A stretch of DNA of 64,000 bases from Haliotis rufescens (taxonomy: Eukaryota): the NCBI RefSeq assembly GCF_023055435.1, contig NW_025963813.1:12524001-12588000 (forward strand). The letters are read 5' to 3'. This document shows, piece after piece, positions 1 to 13,441 of this stretch; positions within the stretch are counted from its first letter, which is position 1, and every line of letters starts with the position of its first letter. A program made the position numbers and the translations under genes. The notes beneath the pieces are model-generated. The model ran no database searches. It was given only the letters and a program-made list of their open reading frames with translations, and was not told the origin of the DNA.

Positions 1-1122
1 CATGGGCTAGAAAGCGAAAATAAATGTCGTTTTAGGCCATGATATGAAACACGGATGGGATTAAATGTATTGTACATTCATGGTAAGACCTGGTTGGGAG
101 GTTACAGTGCATGTGTTTCGTTGGTCATGCTATCAACCACTGGTTAGCATGGCCCAGACTGGTTAATTTACAAACTATATTGGAAATACTTCTGACAGCG
201 ATGTAAAACAGCTAATTCACTTATTCCAGACATTTCGAGGTAGATGGATTCTGTCCGACGCAACCCTTGGCTGGAGAAACACTCATGTTGTACTGTTACG
301 GAAACAAAATGAAAATTGGAATTTAATCGGAATAAGAAAACAAAATCTATGCACACTTTCGGAGCCCATTTCTGGTGTCCCCCGCCGTGATATTGCTGGA
401 ATATTGCTAAAAGCGGCGTAAAACCAAACTCACTCACTATCCACACTTTCAGGTCACGTTCTGACCATGAAGCAAGACTTCGTGTATTACATGCACATGG
501 CGTGTCCATAGATGCACTTATCCTGAATAACTCGGCAACCTGTGATGTTATGATTTTGCCAAATGGCATTTGAAGCGGACATTATTTACATAATTTTTCA
601 TAGTTCTATACATCTAATCTGTCTGTTCTGAAGCTCTAATAAGGGGTCGTATAAAACCAAACATGATGTATTATGCTCGAAATCGAGTATATCAACATTC
701 ATGTTCTGTCGGCCTCACTTGCATGTCACTATCTGATTATTCTGAAGAAAGAAACCGCTATTAAAAACCTCAGGGATATAGGCTAAATAATTTAAGAACT
801 GAATTTTGTGTGATTTTAACACAGAAACACCACACACGTATTTTGAGACGGCCGCCAAGTTGCATGACGGAAAGCATTAGTGTGAAACGCAACACCTCGC
901 CGTAACCTACCACTTTCAACAATACACTCATATTGAAAGGAAATACTGCTAAACAGTTGTTGTTAAGGCTTATCAGCCACTTCCAGTAAAACACATACAC
1001 TTTGGTCGTTTGGATCAAACAAAAAGCTTAAATAGTCGACAGGTATATTTTCACTTGACCGGCACATGTGTTTGCGTCGTGAACTCAAGAAGGTCACGAG
1101 TTCACAAAAAGATATTCCCCTC

Positions 1123-1181
<59 letters not shown>

Positions 1182-1425
1182 ACACACACTCCTGCATGTA
1201 TAATAGGTTAAATCACTAAAATGTCAATCCTTGGTTCTTTTTTAGTTTGATGCACACAATAGTCTAACATTTATTTTTTAATTTTTGTAAACAATAAACT
1301 ACTCAAAAGAGGTCAAGAGCCACCCGATTCGGGTAGTCGGGTATTTCTTTTGAGAAGTACATATATTCCTATTTCCTTCTTCGCTTCCCACAAAACGTAC
1401 ATCGTTTGAAATATACTCGTATAAA

Positions 1426-1738
1426 CAGGGTATGAAACTCCCAAAGATTTCAGCCAGACCACAGGACTGGCTAGCTGAAATACTTGCCAGCCCTGACCAA
1501 AACCTGCCTGCCCACTATAATCATATGTTTCTCAGGATAAGCTAACGGGGTTTCTTTTTGGTTACATTTTATCATTCATCTTTACATGTGAAGTAATGAT
1601 TATCATCGGGAAATATTTAGAATATTTTCACATATGAAATATAACCCGACCGTCGGGCAGGGGGATTTAAAAATCTGGAAGCCCGAGTTGAAATCAACCC
1701 GTCTCGGACGGTCGGGCAGGCAGGTATTTCGAACACTG
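1426..1738. mobile_element. hAT-like MITE
   Basis: Imperfect TIR CAGGGTATGAAA / TTTCGAACACTG; GTATAAA on both flanks. Confidence 0.65.
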
Positions 1739-2879
1739 GTATAAAGCTAGTTTGGTTTTATTTGAGGTGCAGAAGGGGTGTTCTTGTGAGTGAGTGGTTG
1801 TTGGTGTTGGAAGAAAATGCTGACTGCGCATGTGCAAGGAGCATTACCATGACGCAGTGTCAGCTGATTTTTCACTTCAGAAGGCGCAAATGGTCGAGCC
1901 TGCAACTGGTGACATAAATCCAAACCGACATTGTAAGAAGATTGATCCAGCCAGATCTTATCTTTTCTTTCAAAAAAAAGTCTGGTTGGTGTCGTGTTCA
2001 GAGTTTTAAAAAACTGTTTAGTCTTTCAAAGGATATGTATGTGTCTCAATTGAGTCGATAAACCTTGCTCCCTTGGTACATTCGGCAACATGCGTATTCT
2101 GTTATGACCGAACACTTATCACTGATTATGCTGCGCAATGTGGTGTTATTATAATTTCTTCTGAACAATACATCGCGCGAAACCACGAAATGAAACGTTT
2201 TGTTCGTAAACGCCCTATCCAGAAAAAATCCAGATTAACTGATAAAACTGTTTTCGTTCCATGCATGGCAGTCTAAGCTGGCCTGTAGAACGTCAGGTCA
2301 TTTCCCAATCAAACAGGCTGCAATCAAAACAAGGGGAGGTAAGCACTGTTTCGGCAAAGATATTAACGTTGTCCCAGGGCCAGTTATTTGTTGTGTTTAT
2401 TATGAACGAGCGCAGTATTACATCCACTTGAGTATGTTTATGTATCCATTAGCCATGTTTGGCGACCCAAGAGGAATATTTCAAAGTAACAAAAGGCATG
2501 TTTGAAACCTGTGAAATAATTCTCAGCCTTCCGTTGTTGAGAAATTGTTTCCACAAAAAGAAAGCCGTTGTTCCGGTCATGTTATCGTGGATCTAGAGTG
2601 TGGTGTTTAATGTACAGCAGACCAGAGAGACTGGGAAACAACCTAAGAAAAAAATCAACGGATGGTTGTGTCATTTGTCTAAAGAAACTATACATTTTAT
2701 CGCCGAACGAATTGATGAGGATATAAACCCTATTATACAAAGGAGAAGGGCAAAATACACAAAACTTCGATGCGAAATAATAGCCTGATTACCGTAGAAC
2801 AGTGAGAACGAAGTGTTGAGCTGATTGGACAAGACCAAGGATTGATAACCAGCAAATACACACCAACTATTTCTTCAAA

Positions 2880-5800
2880 ATGCACCACATTACTGTTGTC
2901 GTCTGCTTTTTACTCTTCAAATCATCCATGCCCCTGAGCCAACCTACTGGATGTAATTACAAAGATGGACTGTTCACCTGCGGGTTCAAAACTTCCATTC
3001 CTCTTAATGCCGTTGGGTTCGACCCTCGACCACAAAGGCTAGTTATTAATGACGTGAACGGCCCCATAACGTCATCGTCGTTTACAAACTTCGCTCAAGT
3101 GAACACCTCGACATTTGACCCTAACTACGCATCTTCCTTAACTTTCGTCTGTGTCGCTGGTGGGTCAGCCGTGCTCAGTTTGGATAATTCCTCTTTTGAG
3201 GGCATGGGTTTTTATCAGGACGTCCGGATTATAAATTGCCAGTTCAACAGCGTCCCGCCTGGAGCTTTTACAAACCTTGGCACTGTCAATTTGTTAAGTT
3301 TAGAAGGCGGTACCATCGACAACCTCGACGTAAACGCGTTTCTTGGCGTGAACATCAAGAAAGATACGACCATCCCTAACCCAAGGGGAGAATTCGCTTT
3401 GTCCAACACCAAACTTGCGCAGGGAGGTTTGAGTCGCGGTGTCCTTGACCCCTTCACGGAGGCCAGCGTTCTTACGTTGAACAATTGTCGTATTCGGGTC
3501 ATAGACTTGGCGTTGTTTAGCAAGATGAAGTATCTCACTCGTATCAGCCTGGACAACAATCCTTTCACCTACGTCGGCAACAACATCTTCAGCGGACTGG
3601 AGAGTCTGAGAAGGATCAGTATGGACAACGTGCCATGGAGATGTTCCTGTGCTGCGTTGTGGTTCCTGCAGTTTGCTGCGGACAAGGGGATTGACCTGCA
3701 GGGCGACATGATGTGTTCATTCCCAAAGGAATATGACCGTGAGTAATTTTATTATATATTACACGTTAATAGAACGCAACTGTCTGCTGAAATGCGCTGC
3801 TGTGAATACCTTTGTCAATACGCCTATCCATGACGGTGTTGCTTTTTCTGTAACTAGGTAGTTGAAGGTGTCACTTTCTCCACCATCTGGATTCAGTGCC
3901 CAGTTCACATGGGATGAGATGGGTGAACACCTAGGGTGCAACTATGCACTGGTCCCTTAAGCCCCCTTTACACAGGGCAGCGACCTTTGTGCCACCTTTG
4001 AGCGATCAAAACCTGGCCAGGACGTTCAATGGTCGCCTAAACCCAGAAAATCATGTTTCTATGTAACTGCTCCAGCAGTTGTTCAGCAGTAACTGCTCGA
4101 GTTGTGCAGCGTCTGCAATGAAACACTGCAGATACAAGCCCTCTATTTATAGGCAGGCTGAGTAGACATTACAGGTAGCTCAAAGGAGGCAGAAAATAGG
4201 CAGAAGCATTGCCATGGTGTCTCAAGGATTGCTGTGGTCGCCGAATGGAGTCACGGCGGTCGCCACAGTCATCGTTTAATGCACGCTGTTGGTCGCCCAA
4301 AGGAGGCACAAGGGAGGCAGAAGCATTACCAAGATAGACGGGAAAAATTACCTGGCGGCAATTGGGCGACCAATGTGCCTTCATTCTGCAACAACGGCAA
4401 TGCTTATGCCTCCCTTCTGCCTCCTTTGAGCAACCAACCTCCTCAGCGACCTTTGTGCGACTGTTTTGAACATGTTCAAAAATTCACGTCAACCATGGCG
4501 TCCATGGCGATGTCTGAACCTCCTGTGTACCACCTTGGAACGACCTAGGCAGCCATTCTGCCTCCTTTGAGCCTCCAACGAAAATTTTATGGTCGCACAC
4601 TGGAGGCACGAAGGTCGCCATCCTGTATAAAAGCCCCATTAGGAACCCACCATTTGATATTGTGTGTGTGCGTGCGTGTGTGTGTGGCTGGATTTCAGCG
4701 ACAAAAAATTGTTCCCGAAAACTTTGGAAAAAAATAGATTCAGCATCATATTAGCTCGTGGTTTAACCATCCCTGACCTGCGTCACTTTACTTGCATTCG
4801 CGCGGTGAAACAGGGAATCTTGGTAGCCAAGGGACTTATCTCTACGCGATGTGCTGCTTCTTGTTAGACAACTGGGTGCCGTTGAACAAAGCGATCTTAG
4901 TGCTAAGGTGATCGTAACTCCCATACCTTAACATAGACTTACGACAGTCGTAGCGCTAAGGTTGTTTTGTACAACGGCACCCTGTGCGATCAGTGTCCAT
5001 TTGTGACATAAGGACTATTCTGGCTTAGAAACATTGCCATACCAGATATGATCGTTCGGAACGTCAGATTTCTAAATCAGCAATATTAGCTATCTGTACC
5101 GTAATAATTATATCCTCGCATTACAATGTTCTGTTCTGAAGCATGAATGTAAATAAGTCTCATGTCTGGATTGCTGCAGGGAGACGCATCACAACGTATC
5201 AGACCCAGGTATGCGGGGCGGTGGTGGCTTGTCCTGCTGGGCTAATGCCGAGTGAGTACCCTTATACCTGTACAACAGACCTGTGAAGATCCGGGGTAGA
5301 ATAGGTCTTCAGTAACCCATGCTTGCCGTAAAAGGTGACTATGCTTGTGGTAAGAGGTGACTTACGGGATCGGGTGGTCAGGCTCGCTGACTTGGTTAAT
5401 GCATGTCATCGATTCCAATTGCCTGGAACGATGTTCATGATGTCAATCACCGGATTGTCTGGTCCAGACTCGATTATTTACAGACCGCCGTCATATAGCT
5501 GGAATATTGCTGAGTGCGGCGTTAAACAACAAACCAACCAACCAACCTGTACAACAACATGAGTGATCGGTGTTGTCATTACAGTATCATTGTTAACATC
5601 AACAATACCGAACAGCGCAACGCCTGTAGAGCTATGTTAAGTATGTGTGCGACCGTGTTTGGATTCTGGGCCCCCTTCCACAAAGCGATCGTAGCGCTAC
5701 GACTGTCTATGTCAAATTAATGGAGTTACGGTCGTCTTAGCCCATATATCGCTTTGTGGAACGGCACCCTGGTCAGAATAGACTTCCATTACCCATGTTA

Positions 5801-6490
5801 ATCGTATACAACTTGTGTCATTTTTACGCCAACGCTAAATATTCTTTTTGAAAACAGCCTCACACAAAACTCCCTGTTTAATGTGTATTCTATAGAAGGA
5901 CATATTAGATATTCTACCATGAATTTGGAATTTACTCGATTCTGATTGGTCAACCAGAGGCTATTAAATCATAATAAAACCTCTCTGACTGAAAAAGCTG
6001 GTTTGACGGCCGCATCACCGCGGAAGCTAATATTCATAGAATAGTACTATTTTCAGTCATTGTCGGTAGGCATATTTAAATAATTATATCTACAATTACA
6101 GGTTACAAAATGCACAGATGCGGTTACTACAATATTCAAATGATGTGTGGCAATACATTTCGTGCAGAAAAACACGCTGCGCGTTCGGTTCCAAATTCAA
6201 TTTAGCGGGGTTAAATCTACAGGTAACCTAGCTCTACATTGAAAACACAGTATGTTTATCTCCTAAATGTGGCCTCCTATCGTGTGTTCGCAGTGTCCGG
6301 GATTTGTCTCACGTGGTTACAGATCCTCTCCTTCAGCATCACCTTCTTCTCCTTCACCGTCGTTGTCGCCTGCGTCGCCTTCATCCTCAAGAACAGACGC
6401 GACATATGCAAGAAGCTGCCCTCGAAGACTCCTGTCAAGTCTGTGAACGGACACAGGGCCGCACCCAGAAGAGTCACACCCTATATATAA
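2880..6490 (+). CDS. Leucine-rich-repeat single-pass membrane protein, 375 aa; exons 2880-3738, 5180-5251, 6294-6490
   Basis: Signal-peptide-like N-terminus, Cys N-cap, LRR motifs (LTLNNCRIRVI, ISLDNNPFTYV) and an LRRCT (NVPWRCSC...MCSFP). GT-AG junctions (C|GTGAGT, CAG|GG; A|GTGAGT, CAG|TG) are all phase 1 and sum to 1128 nt. The last exon encodes a TM helix (ILSFSITFFSFTVVVACVAFIL), then KNRR and a ~35-aa tail. Confidence 0.88.
3960..4638. mobile_element. PIF/Harbinger-like MITE in LRR gene intron 1
   Basis: Imperfect ~40-bp TIRs (TTTACACAGG..GCGACCTTTGTGCC vs GGCACGAAGGTCGCC..CCTGTATAAA), TAA/TTA flanks. Confidence 0.55.
4875..4982. mobile_element. Small hairpin MITE (second copy 5668-5769; fragments near 15890 and 40960-41007)
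   Basis: TIR GGTGCCGTTG.ACAAA / TTTGT.CAACGGCACC with CTG flanks, a Harbinger-type CWG target. Confidence 0.7.
5278..5545 (+). mobile_element. Non-autonomous retroelement family C (no tRNA head, Nin-domain-like 5' part), LRR gene intron 2
   Basis: GACCTGTGAAGATCCGGGGTAGAATAGGTCTTCAG...; shared tail plus (AACC)n; 12-bp TSD ACCTGTACAACA. Confidence 0.88.
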
Positions 6491-6519
6491 CAGTCAAACA
6501 TTATGTCAGTTGATCAGTG

Positions 6520-6925
6520 TCCCTTAGTAAAACGGCCTCTCTCAGTTTATCTGTCTATCTCAGTAAAACAGTTCCTCTCAGTAAAACAAACTCTCAGTCT
6601 TTCTCAGTTTGTCAGCCTCTCTCAGTAAAATTGTCTGTCTCAGTTCAACAGTCCCTCTCAATAAAACGTTACCTTCGTTTATCAATGTCTCTCAGTAAAA
6701 CAATACAACGACCTTCGTAAAGACATTCCCTCTCAGTAATACAACCCCTAAACAATATTTATCCAGTTAAAGTCTCTCTCTGTAAAATTGTCTGTCTCAG
6801 TTAAACAGTCCCTCTCAGTAAAACGTTACCTTCGTTTATCAATGTCTCTCAGTAAAACAATACAACGACCTTCGGAAAATACATTCCCTCTCAGTAATAC
6901 AACCCCTAAACAATATTTATCCAGT
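6520..6925. repeat. CTCTCAGTAAAAC-rich low-complexity repeat with a 157-bp direct duplication, just after the LRR stop codon
   Basis: Near-identical blocks at ~6618-6768 and ~6775-6925. Confidence 0.8.
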
Positions 6926-7176
6926 TCTAGTATAACATTCTTGGCGAATACAAACACGTAATTACTTTGGTTCAGTCCCGGATTATGATCGCCAGGACTC
7001 TATAAGTTGACGTGAGAGGCGTCTAGTTGGACCGGCTGGACAATGTCGCTGACGTGGTTGACAACGTAGGACGTTCAACATGTCGACCACTAGTTTGGCA
7101 GGCCCTCGACAATTTTTAGATCGTGGTATTGTCGGACTACTGCTTACTTCGGTGGGGTATGCTTTATATTGGTATA

Positions 7177-7315
7177 GGGGCGGTCGGGTAGCCTAGTGGT
7201 TGAAGCGTTCGCTCGTCACGCCGCAGACAATGTGTGAAGCCCATTTCTGGTGTCCCCCGCCGTGATATTGCTGGAATATTGCTAAAAGCGGCGTAAAACC
7301 ATACTCACTCACTCA
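7177..7315 (+). mobile_element. SINE family A, internally deleted copy
   Basis: Same head and tail, B-box region deleted; TSD TATTGGTATA. A 3'-only fragment is also present at 363-438. Confidence 0.88.
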
Positions 7316-7724
7316 TATTGGTATAATTTACTGCAAGGTGCGGAGACAGGGGAGGGAACTCCAGTCAACTTAAAATAACCGATGTTTACTGAAACCGATG
7401 TTTACAAAACGTGTCCTGATAAACTGACTTCCACTGTTTTTGACATCTTACATCTTTTCCATGGCAATTCGGCATCCTTTGATTTGGGCCTGTGGCACCT
7501 CAAAATCCTTTCTCCGACTAAAGGACCAGTACTATATCGTAGAAAGCTTTCAATAAGGCCATCTTTGTTTGCAGTGAAAACTATATTCAGATGTATCTTA
7601 ACCTAGGTTGAGTGTCAATAAAGAAATACAGCATTAAGTGAGTACTTTTCTCTTCTGTCGGACTTCCGTTATCAGACTGGGAGCACATACGGTAGAGCAC
7701 CAAGGGAATTCTAACACGCCTGGA

Positions 7725-7992
7725 GGGGGCCATGGGTGGCCCAGTCGTCTTTGGCGCCTCAATTCGGTCACGACCAAAAAACTATGATTGTGGGTTCAAA
7801 TCCCGGTTCGTCCCGATTATGTTCTAGGTTTGTCAGCACCATACCCGTGCTCGTGGGTTTCACCGAAATGGTAAACGTCTGAGACCTGCATCACTCCGGT
7901 CTTTCCTCCCACATTAAGCTGATGCGCCGTGATATAAGCGGAATACTGTTAAAAGCGGCGTTAAACCCAACTCACTCACTCACTCACTCACT
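7725..7992 (+). mobile_element. SINE family B
   Basis: Match to 41896-42186 with a deletion in the head. Confidence 0.87.
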
Positions 7993-8549
7993 AACTTACA
8001 CGACTGTAACCACATCTTGCTGAGATCATTTCGGGTTAGCATAGGTAAACAGAGCCCTATTTTTGGTCATGTGACTTGACCGATTGTGGTTTGTTTCCCC
8101 GATCACGTAGGACGCTGATCATCCTTTTAACCTATGTTGTTTCAGGTAAAGTATTTTTTACTGGCCACCGTTATATAAAATAAAATGAAATCAGATACCG
8201 GTGTCATGTGCTTTCCATGGTAATTTGAAATTTATTTTTTTTCAAATATGTCTTCGATTCTCAATTTTATTGTCTCCATATATCTGAGTCACAGTAAAAC
8301 AATTATGGCGCTTGTCATCATCATCTGTTTCCGTTTCTCTTCATTCTGTTGGAAGGAGGAGTATCCGAACAAAATGTTTAAGCGGCGCTCATTTTGTTTC
8401 GTGCGGATGACAATTTTATTCAACGGCGACGCGCTCGTACTTTTAGCTTCAGAACACCAAGCTCCACCCCAGTGCATGCTACCTTCATCTCCACCAAAGG
8501 GTGGAGAACATGGAAGGAGTTACTGCTGTGAGGAGCTTGCGATGACACA

Positions 8550-8712
8550 TGCCGTGACGTCACTACAATCAGACCGCCCTAGTGATCGCTGAGGCTTGGT
8601 TACGTTGCTGTCAGCGCTGTACCCAAAGCTGCGTTTTACGTGATTATTGAAGAGACTGCGTTGTATTAATTTGGAAAATATATTTATTGATACACACCAT
8701 CAACTTAGGACG
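8550..8712 (+). promoter_or_regulatory. Putative promoter and non-coding first exon of paralog A, with CRE (TGACGTCA 8555-8562)
   Basis: Aligns with the reverse complement of 36681-36835 (TGACGTCA..ACAATCAGACC..CTAGTGATCGC..TACGTTGCTG..GATACACACCATCA..GGTAAG donor) although the surrounding intron DNA is divergent. Confidence 0.6.
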
Positions 8713-9077
8713 GTAAGATTAGCTGTAAATACTTCTTCTTTTTTTCAAGAAACAGACCACGAGCCCTTGATTAAAATATGCTATTGAAAACAACATCTGC
8801 ATCATTAATGCAATTATTAATCATAAAGAAGGTCTTTTTATAACTATATATTGACATGGAAGATTGTTTATATTATGTATTATTAAACAACGAAAGATTA
8901 GCCACAGAACCTTTAACCTCTGGTATACCGTTATATTTTGTTAATGTAAACTATTCTTCAAATACTTTATCTGTTGTAAACATCGTCAACAACATTCGAA
9001 TATTTAGAGGGTTAAAACAGTATGTTGTTATTTTTGTTTATTTTATTAATTCTATAATTTATGTGTCTCCTTTTCAG

Positions 9078-11572
9078 ATGGGTCGGTTGCTACGCAAGAT
9101 AGCAGTGAGAGCCGGGACACAGGTTCTGTCTCCCATACCGGAGTTGCCCGAAGGGTCTCGATCTCCTACACCAGTGAATGGTAAGTTGCTCGAAATATCC
9201 GCAAGGTCCACCAATGGGTGAGTTATCAGGCAATAGAAACACCTATATCATATACAAATAAAAGATTAAAATATATATAAGCATGTGGTCTCAATTTTGA
9301 GATATACGATTCATTACCAGTTAAAATATCTTCATATTTTGTGCTCTTGATATAAACAGCCGTCATCTGTTGATAAAGTGAGATAAAATGCAAGTAAGAT
9401 CATATTTGTTCAAAATCCATCGTTAGTGATGCTCCTGCAACCTTTAGTTTTTTGTTTTATGAATTGGTCATCAGGTTTGCTGCATACTTTTTGCAAAGAA
9501 ACATATTCCAAGTTGTTTCAAACTGCATGTTCTTCATTATAACTACTTCAGTACACGTGTCTAGTTGATGTTATTCTGTAATTAATTCAACCAATCATTG
9601 TTCTGTGTCATGCAGATGCTTTCAACACAAGTCCAAAGAGGCCAGAAAGCCCAAAACTCAGCGAAGAGGAATGGTAGGCTCTGTTGGCAGTTTCAGTATT
9701 GGCAGACAGAACGATCATTAAATGTTTCTTGTCTTTGAAATGGCTACTTTAGTAGTTCTGAAGTAGTTCTAAAGTAGTTCTAAAGTAGTTCTTTAGTAAT
9801 AACTACTTTCTAGTTCTTCAGTAATAAGTAAAATGGGGGTTAAATTATTCTTGTCCCTTACACCGCCCGTCAAGCAATATATGTTAACTTTTTCCACATA
9901 CTTTGTGACCATATTTGTCAACGCATCTGAATTCCAATTCAACATTTCACAAGCGCCATTTGAATTTGAGGAGATGCACCAAACGCAGAATTAACAAAAT
10001 AGTTAATTTAGAATTGCTTTTGATTCTTGTGAACCATCCACGTGAGATCGTTAATTTCGATTGAGTGTGACAAGTCATGTCCAAAACTTTGCAATCAATC
10101 TAGGGTGAGGTCATATAGCCCTCGTCCGGGCAAAGTGTCTCCAATACATCAGTTATTAACTTTAAAATTAATCCTCAGTGTTATCTTACGACTATTCGAT
10201 CTTGTGTAACCCATTAGTTTGACATTTCAAATTTAAAAAATATGTTCGTTCATAAAGAAACAGTGTATTTTCGCTCATATAATGTTAAATTAAAATCTAC
10301 AATTTGTAAAGTCTTGTTTTCTTCATCTCATATTCGGTTGTTAAAAAAATCTGAAGTCCTAGCTTTGTATTTTACATTTTTATATATTGATGATGTCATC
10401 CCTACTTCATTTGTTTCATTGAGCAGCAATCAAACTATAATTAAGACTTGTCGCCTTTTCGCAAACACCTGGTATCATCACTATTTGATAGTGATTCACG
10501 ATATAGTCGGAATCTATCGCTATCGCCTCTGCTTTCACCAGAGATTTCCTATGAATATGGAAAGGGTTTTGTCGCTTATATTTACGTTGCTCATGTGTGC
10601 TGATCATTTATAGTTCACTCTTTTCTTTTACCTAAAATCAGCGATAATTAAGACTGATCTTACGTTGCCCACATGTCTGTTGATTATTAAATGTTTATTC
10701 TTTTCATTGAGCAATAACCAGAAATAATTAAGACTTGTCTTCACGTTGCCAACAAATCTGATGAAAACATCCACGTCTGCTCTTACAGCTTCATGAAGCA
10801 CCTTCAGAGTCTCGCTGCGGACTACAAAAAGGAGATGGAACAGGTAGGAAGACAACTCCGTGTGATGCAGAGAAGAAACGCCCGGATTGAGAAGAACGCC
10901 GAATTCTACCACGTAGAGTACGACAACTACAAGCGGAACTGGGACAAAAACCAGGAGAAGATTCTGGGACTGAAGACGCGTCTGGACAAATACAAGCCAC
11001 TGAAGAAGGTCATTGACAGGTTGCATTCCCTCCAAGATAAAAACAAGCGACTGAGGGCCTCTTATTTCCAGACTGTTCTGGACAACAATTTTCTGAGGAA
11101 AACCTGGAAGAACATGGAAGGGGGAGAGATTGAGGATGAAGAATTTCCGGATGTTGAGAACATGAGAGAGGCAATAGCTCCAAGACCTCCCACAGCTCCC
11201 GACAATGGCCGGGCGGGATCAGCCAGACGACGCCCATACACTGGCAGGTCCAGGGCGGATCGGCCTCATCTGCCGCCTATCACAGAGAACAACAAAACGG
11301 TCACACCTCACAAGCAGACGACAGTTGAATCACATGAGAAGAAACAAAGCAAATCTCCGGTTCATCTGCCACAACTCGGGACAATGGTCCCCACTCCTCC
11401 AACATGTCCACGGAGAAATGCTCCCAGCAGACGACAGAGCAGAATTCCACTGGCCTTACCACCAATCCGTGGTGCGACTTCTGTGGATAGTCTTCGGCTT
11501 CCCCGCCAGGGTGTGCAGGATATTGGTCGCAAGTCTCGGGATCTGCAGGGGACAAGGGTGTCTCGTGATTAA
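9078..11572 (+). CDS. Uncharacterised coiled-coil + Pro/Arg-rich protein, paralog A, 314 aa; coding exons 9078-9180, 9616-9673, 10789-11572
   Basis: TTTTCAG|ATG; G|GTAAG; CAG|AT; TG|GTAGG; CAG|C. Total is 945 nt in frame. The exon structure is conserved in paralog B with mostly synonymous differences. Confidence 0.85.
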
Positions 11573-13268
11573 AGATGGATCGGACTAGTAAACATGGATG
11601 GATGACTTTATAATATACATTTCCTAAATAGATATCGGACATCTGTTGTCTTCATTAATTTTCTGAAATGAGGTTTTAGCACACTAAATTCTCAAGATTA
11701 ATGTAAAAATCCCAATTTACATTTCCATCCATCCTCTATACACCCACCCCCATCGTTCTGCCAACTATCAGGGCTGCTATTGCTCTCGGGGATTAAATGA
11801 CTACCTACAATATGATAATCCCCCATCTCTCCCCAACCAGATGCCAACATCAAAGTGTTGTCTGCTCAGTGCTCACAAAAAGAATGAATTATCCCCCCCC
11901 GCTTGGATCTTACTCCGGCCTTTCCTGCTTGTTGATTATGAAAGCTATCAGTAAAGTCTGAGATTACTTGATTGCTCAAATGAGCATACAGTTTACCAAT
12001 GGTTCAATGTGTGGTGCTTCTGTTTTAGATTCATGTCGCATGTGGGTTTCACACAGCCATATTATAACATGTATATTTTAGACAAAGTTCTTGTCTTTGA
12101 AAGGCATATAGAAGTGATACACTAAGGAAGAGAATTAATGGATGTCAACTTCTTTATCATGAGGAACACAACGTTTCGGAAGTATGCTTTCTCCTTTACG
12201 CCGCTTTTAGCAATACTCCAGCAATATCACGGTGGGGCTCATCTGAAATGGTCTTCAGAAACGCGGGCCAAAGAATGCTTGTAGAATATAGTTTTACATT
12301 TTTCAATGTGCTTCTTGTTTTTATGAACGAATTTCCTTACATAAGCGTTCATAGGAAGTATTGTTGAAAAGCTTTCTGCTATAATTTGTTAAAAATATAT
12401 TTCTTTATTTGAATGTTATAGTTTCGGTATCAAGTTGTTAAATATTTATTTTTATAATACGTTAAAAACATTTTCATCAGACTTTTGTGATTTATTGAAT
12501 GTCCATGCTATTATAGTATATAACGCGTTGTTCAATATTTAAATTGTTGAATAAAAAACCTAAAATAACAAGACGTATTTTCTACCAATTACAGGTATAA
12601 GTTTTTCAATGGAACAAACGCATTGTGGGTTTTCCAGTCAATGTATATTTCTTGGGATATTCATTCCCGCAATGTTTAAACTTTCTTGGCCTGTCTTCAG
12701 ATTAGTTGTGGTCTGCTTTTTATGTATTTATTGCAAATTCAAAATGTGCAACAGCTGATCTTCAGGGCTTGAGAGTCAGTGTCCAGGTTGACTGGACTCA
12801 TGGGTACCTGAACTGGTCCTCAACTGTGGAAGTTTTGGGTGGGGGGGACGTGAGCGAATCCGTTCCATTTGGTAACAAACCGGTTTCACCGAAATGTCTC
12901 GCTTTGTGAATATGGAATCCTCCTGTTTCTAACGGAATATCCGCCTTGATTTATAATGTATCTACGTCTTCCTTGTCGACTGAATCGGGCTTTACGCCAC
13001 ATAGCCTCAAAATGTCTTGATAACAAAGAAAACCTTAATGCTAGCCGCCTAGCTGTGTGATATGTGAAATTCTGCAATCGTTTTCACTGCCCGAGTCCTA
13101 TCTTTGTATTAAGTCCATTGCAGTTTGTGTTACATCATCGTAAATATCATCTTGTTGGAAAGTCACCATCTTTCTCAGAGAGGAAATTCGGACGCGAGTT
13201 TGTTCAATGCTAAGCTAGTTTCAGAACTGAGTTCAACCTTGGGGAGATTCATGTACTACCACATACGA

Positions 13269-13441
13269 GACTCGTGAAAACCCTGGGTAGTGTAGGTCTT
13301 CAGCAACCTCTGCTTGCCGTATGAGGCGATCGATGCTCATGATGTCAGTCACTGGATTGTCTGTTTCAGACTCGATTACTAACAGACCGCCGTCATATAG
13401 CTGGAAAATTGCTGAGTGCGGCGTTAAACAACAAACAAACC
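13269..13441 (+). mobile_element. Family C, internally deleted; a 5'-truncated copy lies at 14221-14435
   Basis: Head and tail match; ACCACATA on both flanks. Confidence 0.82.

Noticed and set aside
10628-11642. Antisense and alternative-frame ORFs conserved in both paralogs
   Set aside because: Their conservation follows trivially from ~99% nucleotide identity of the tract.
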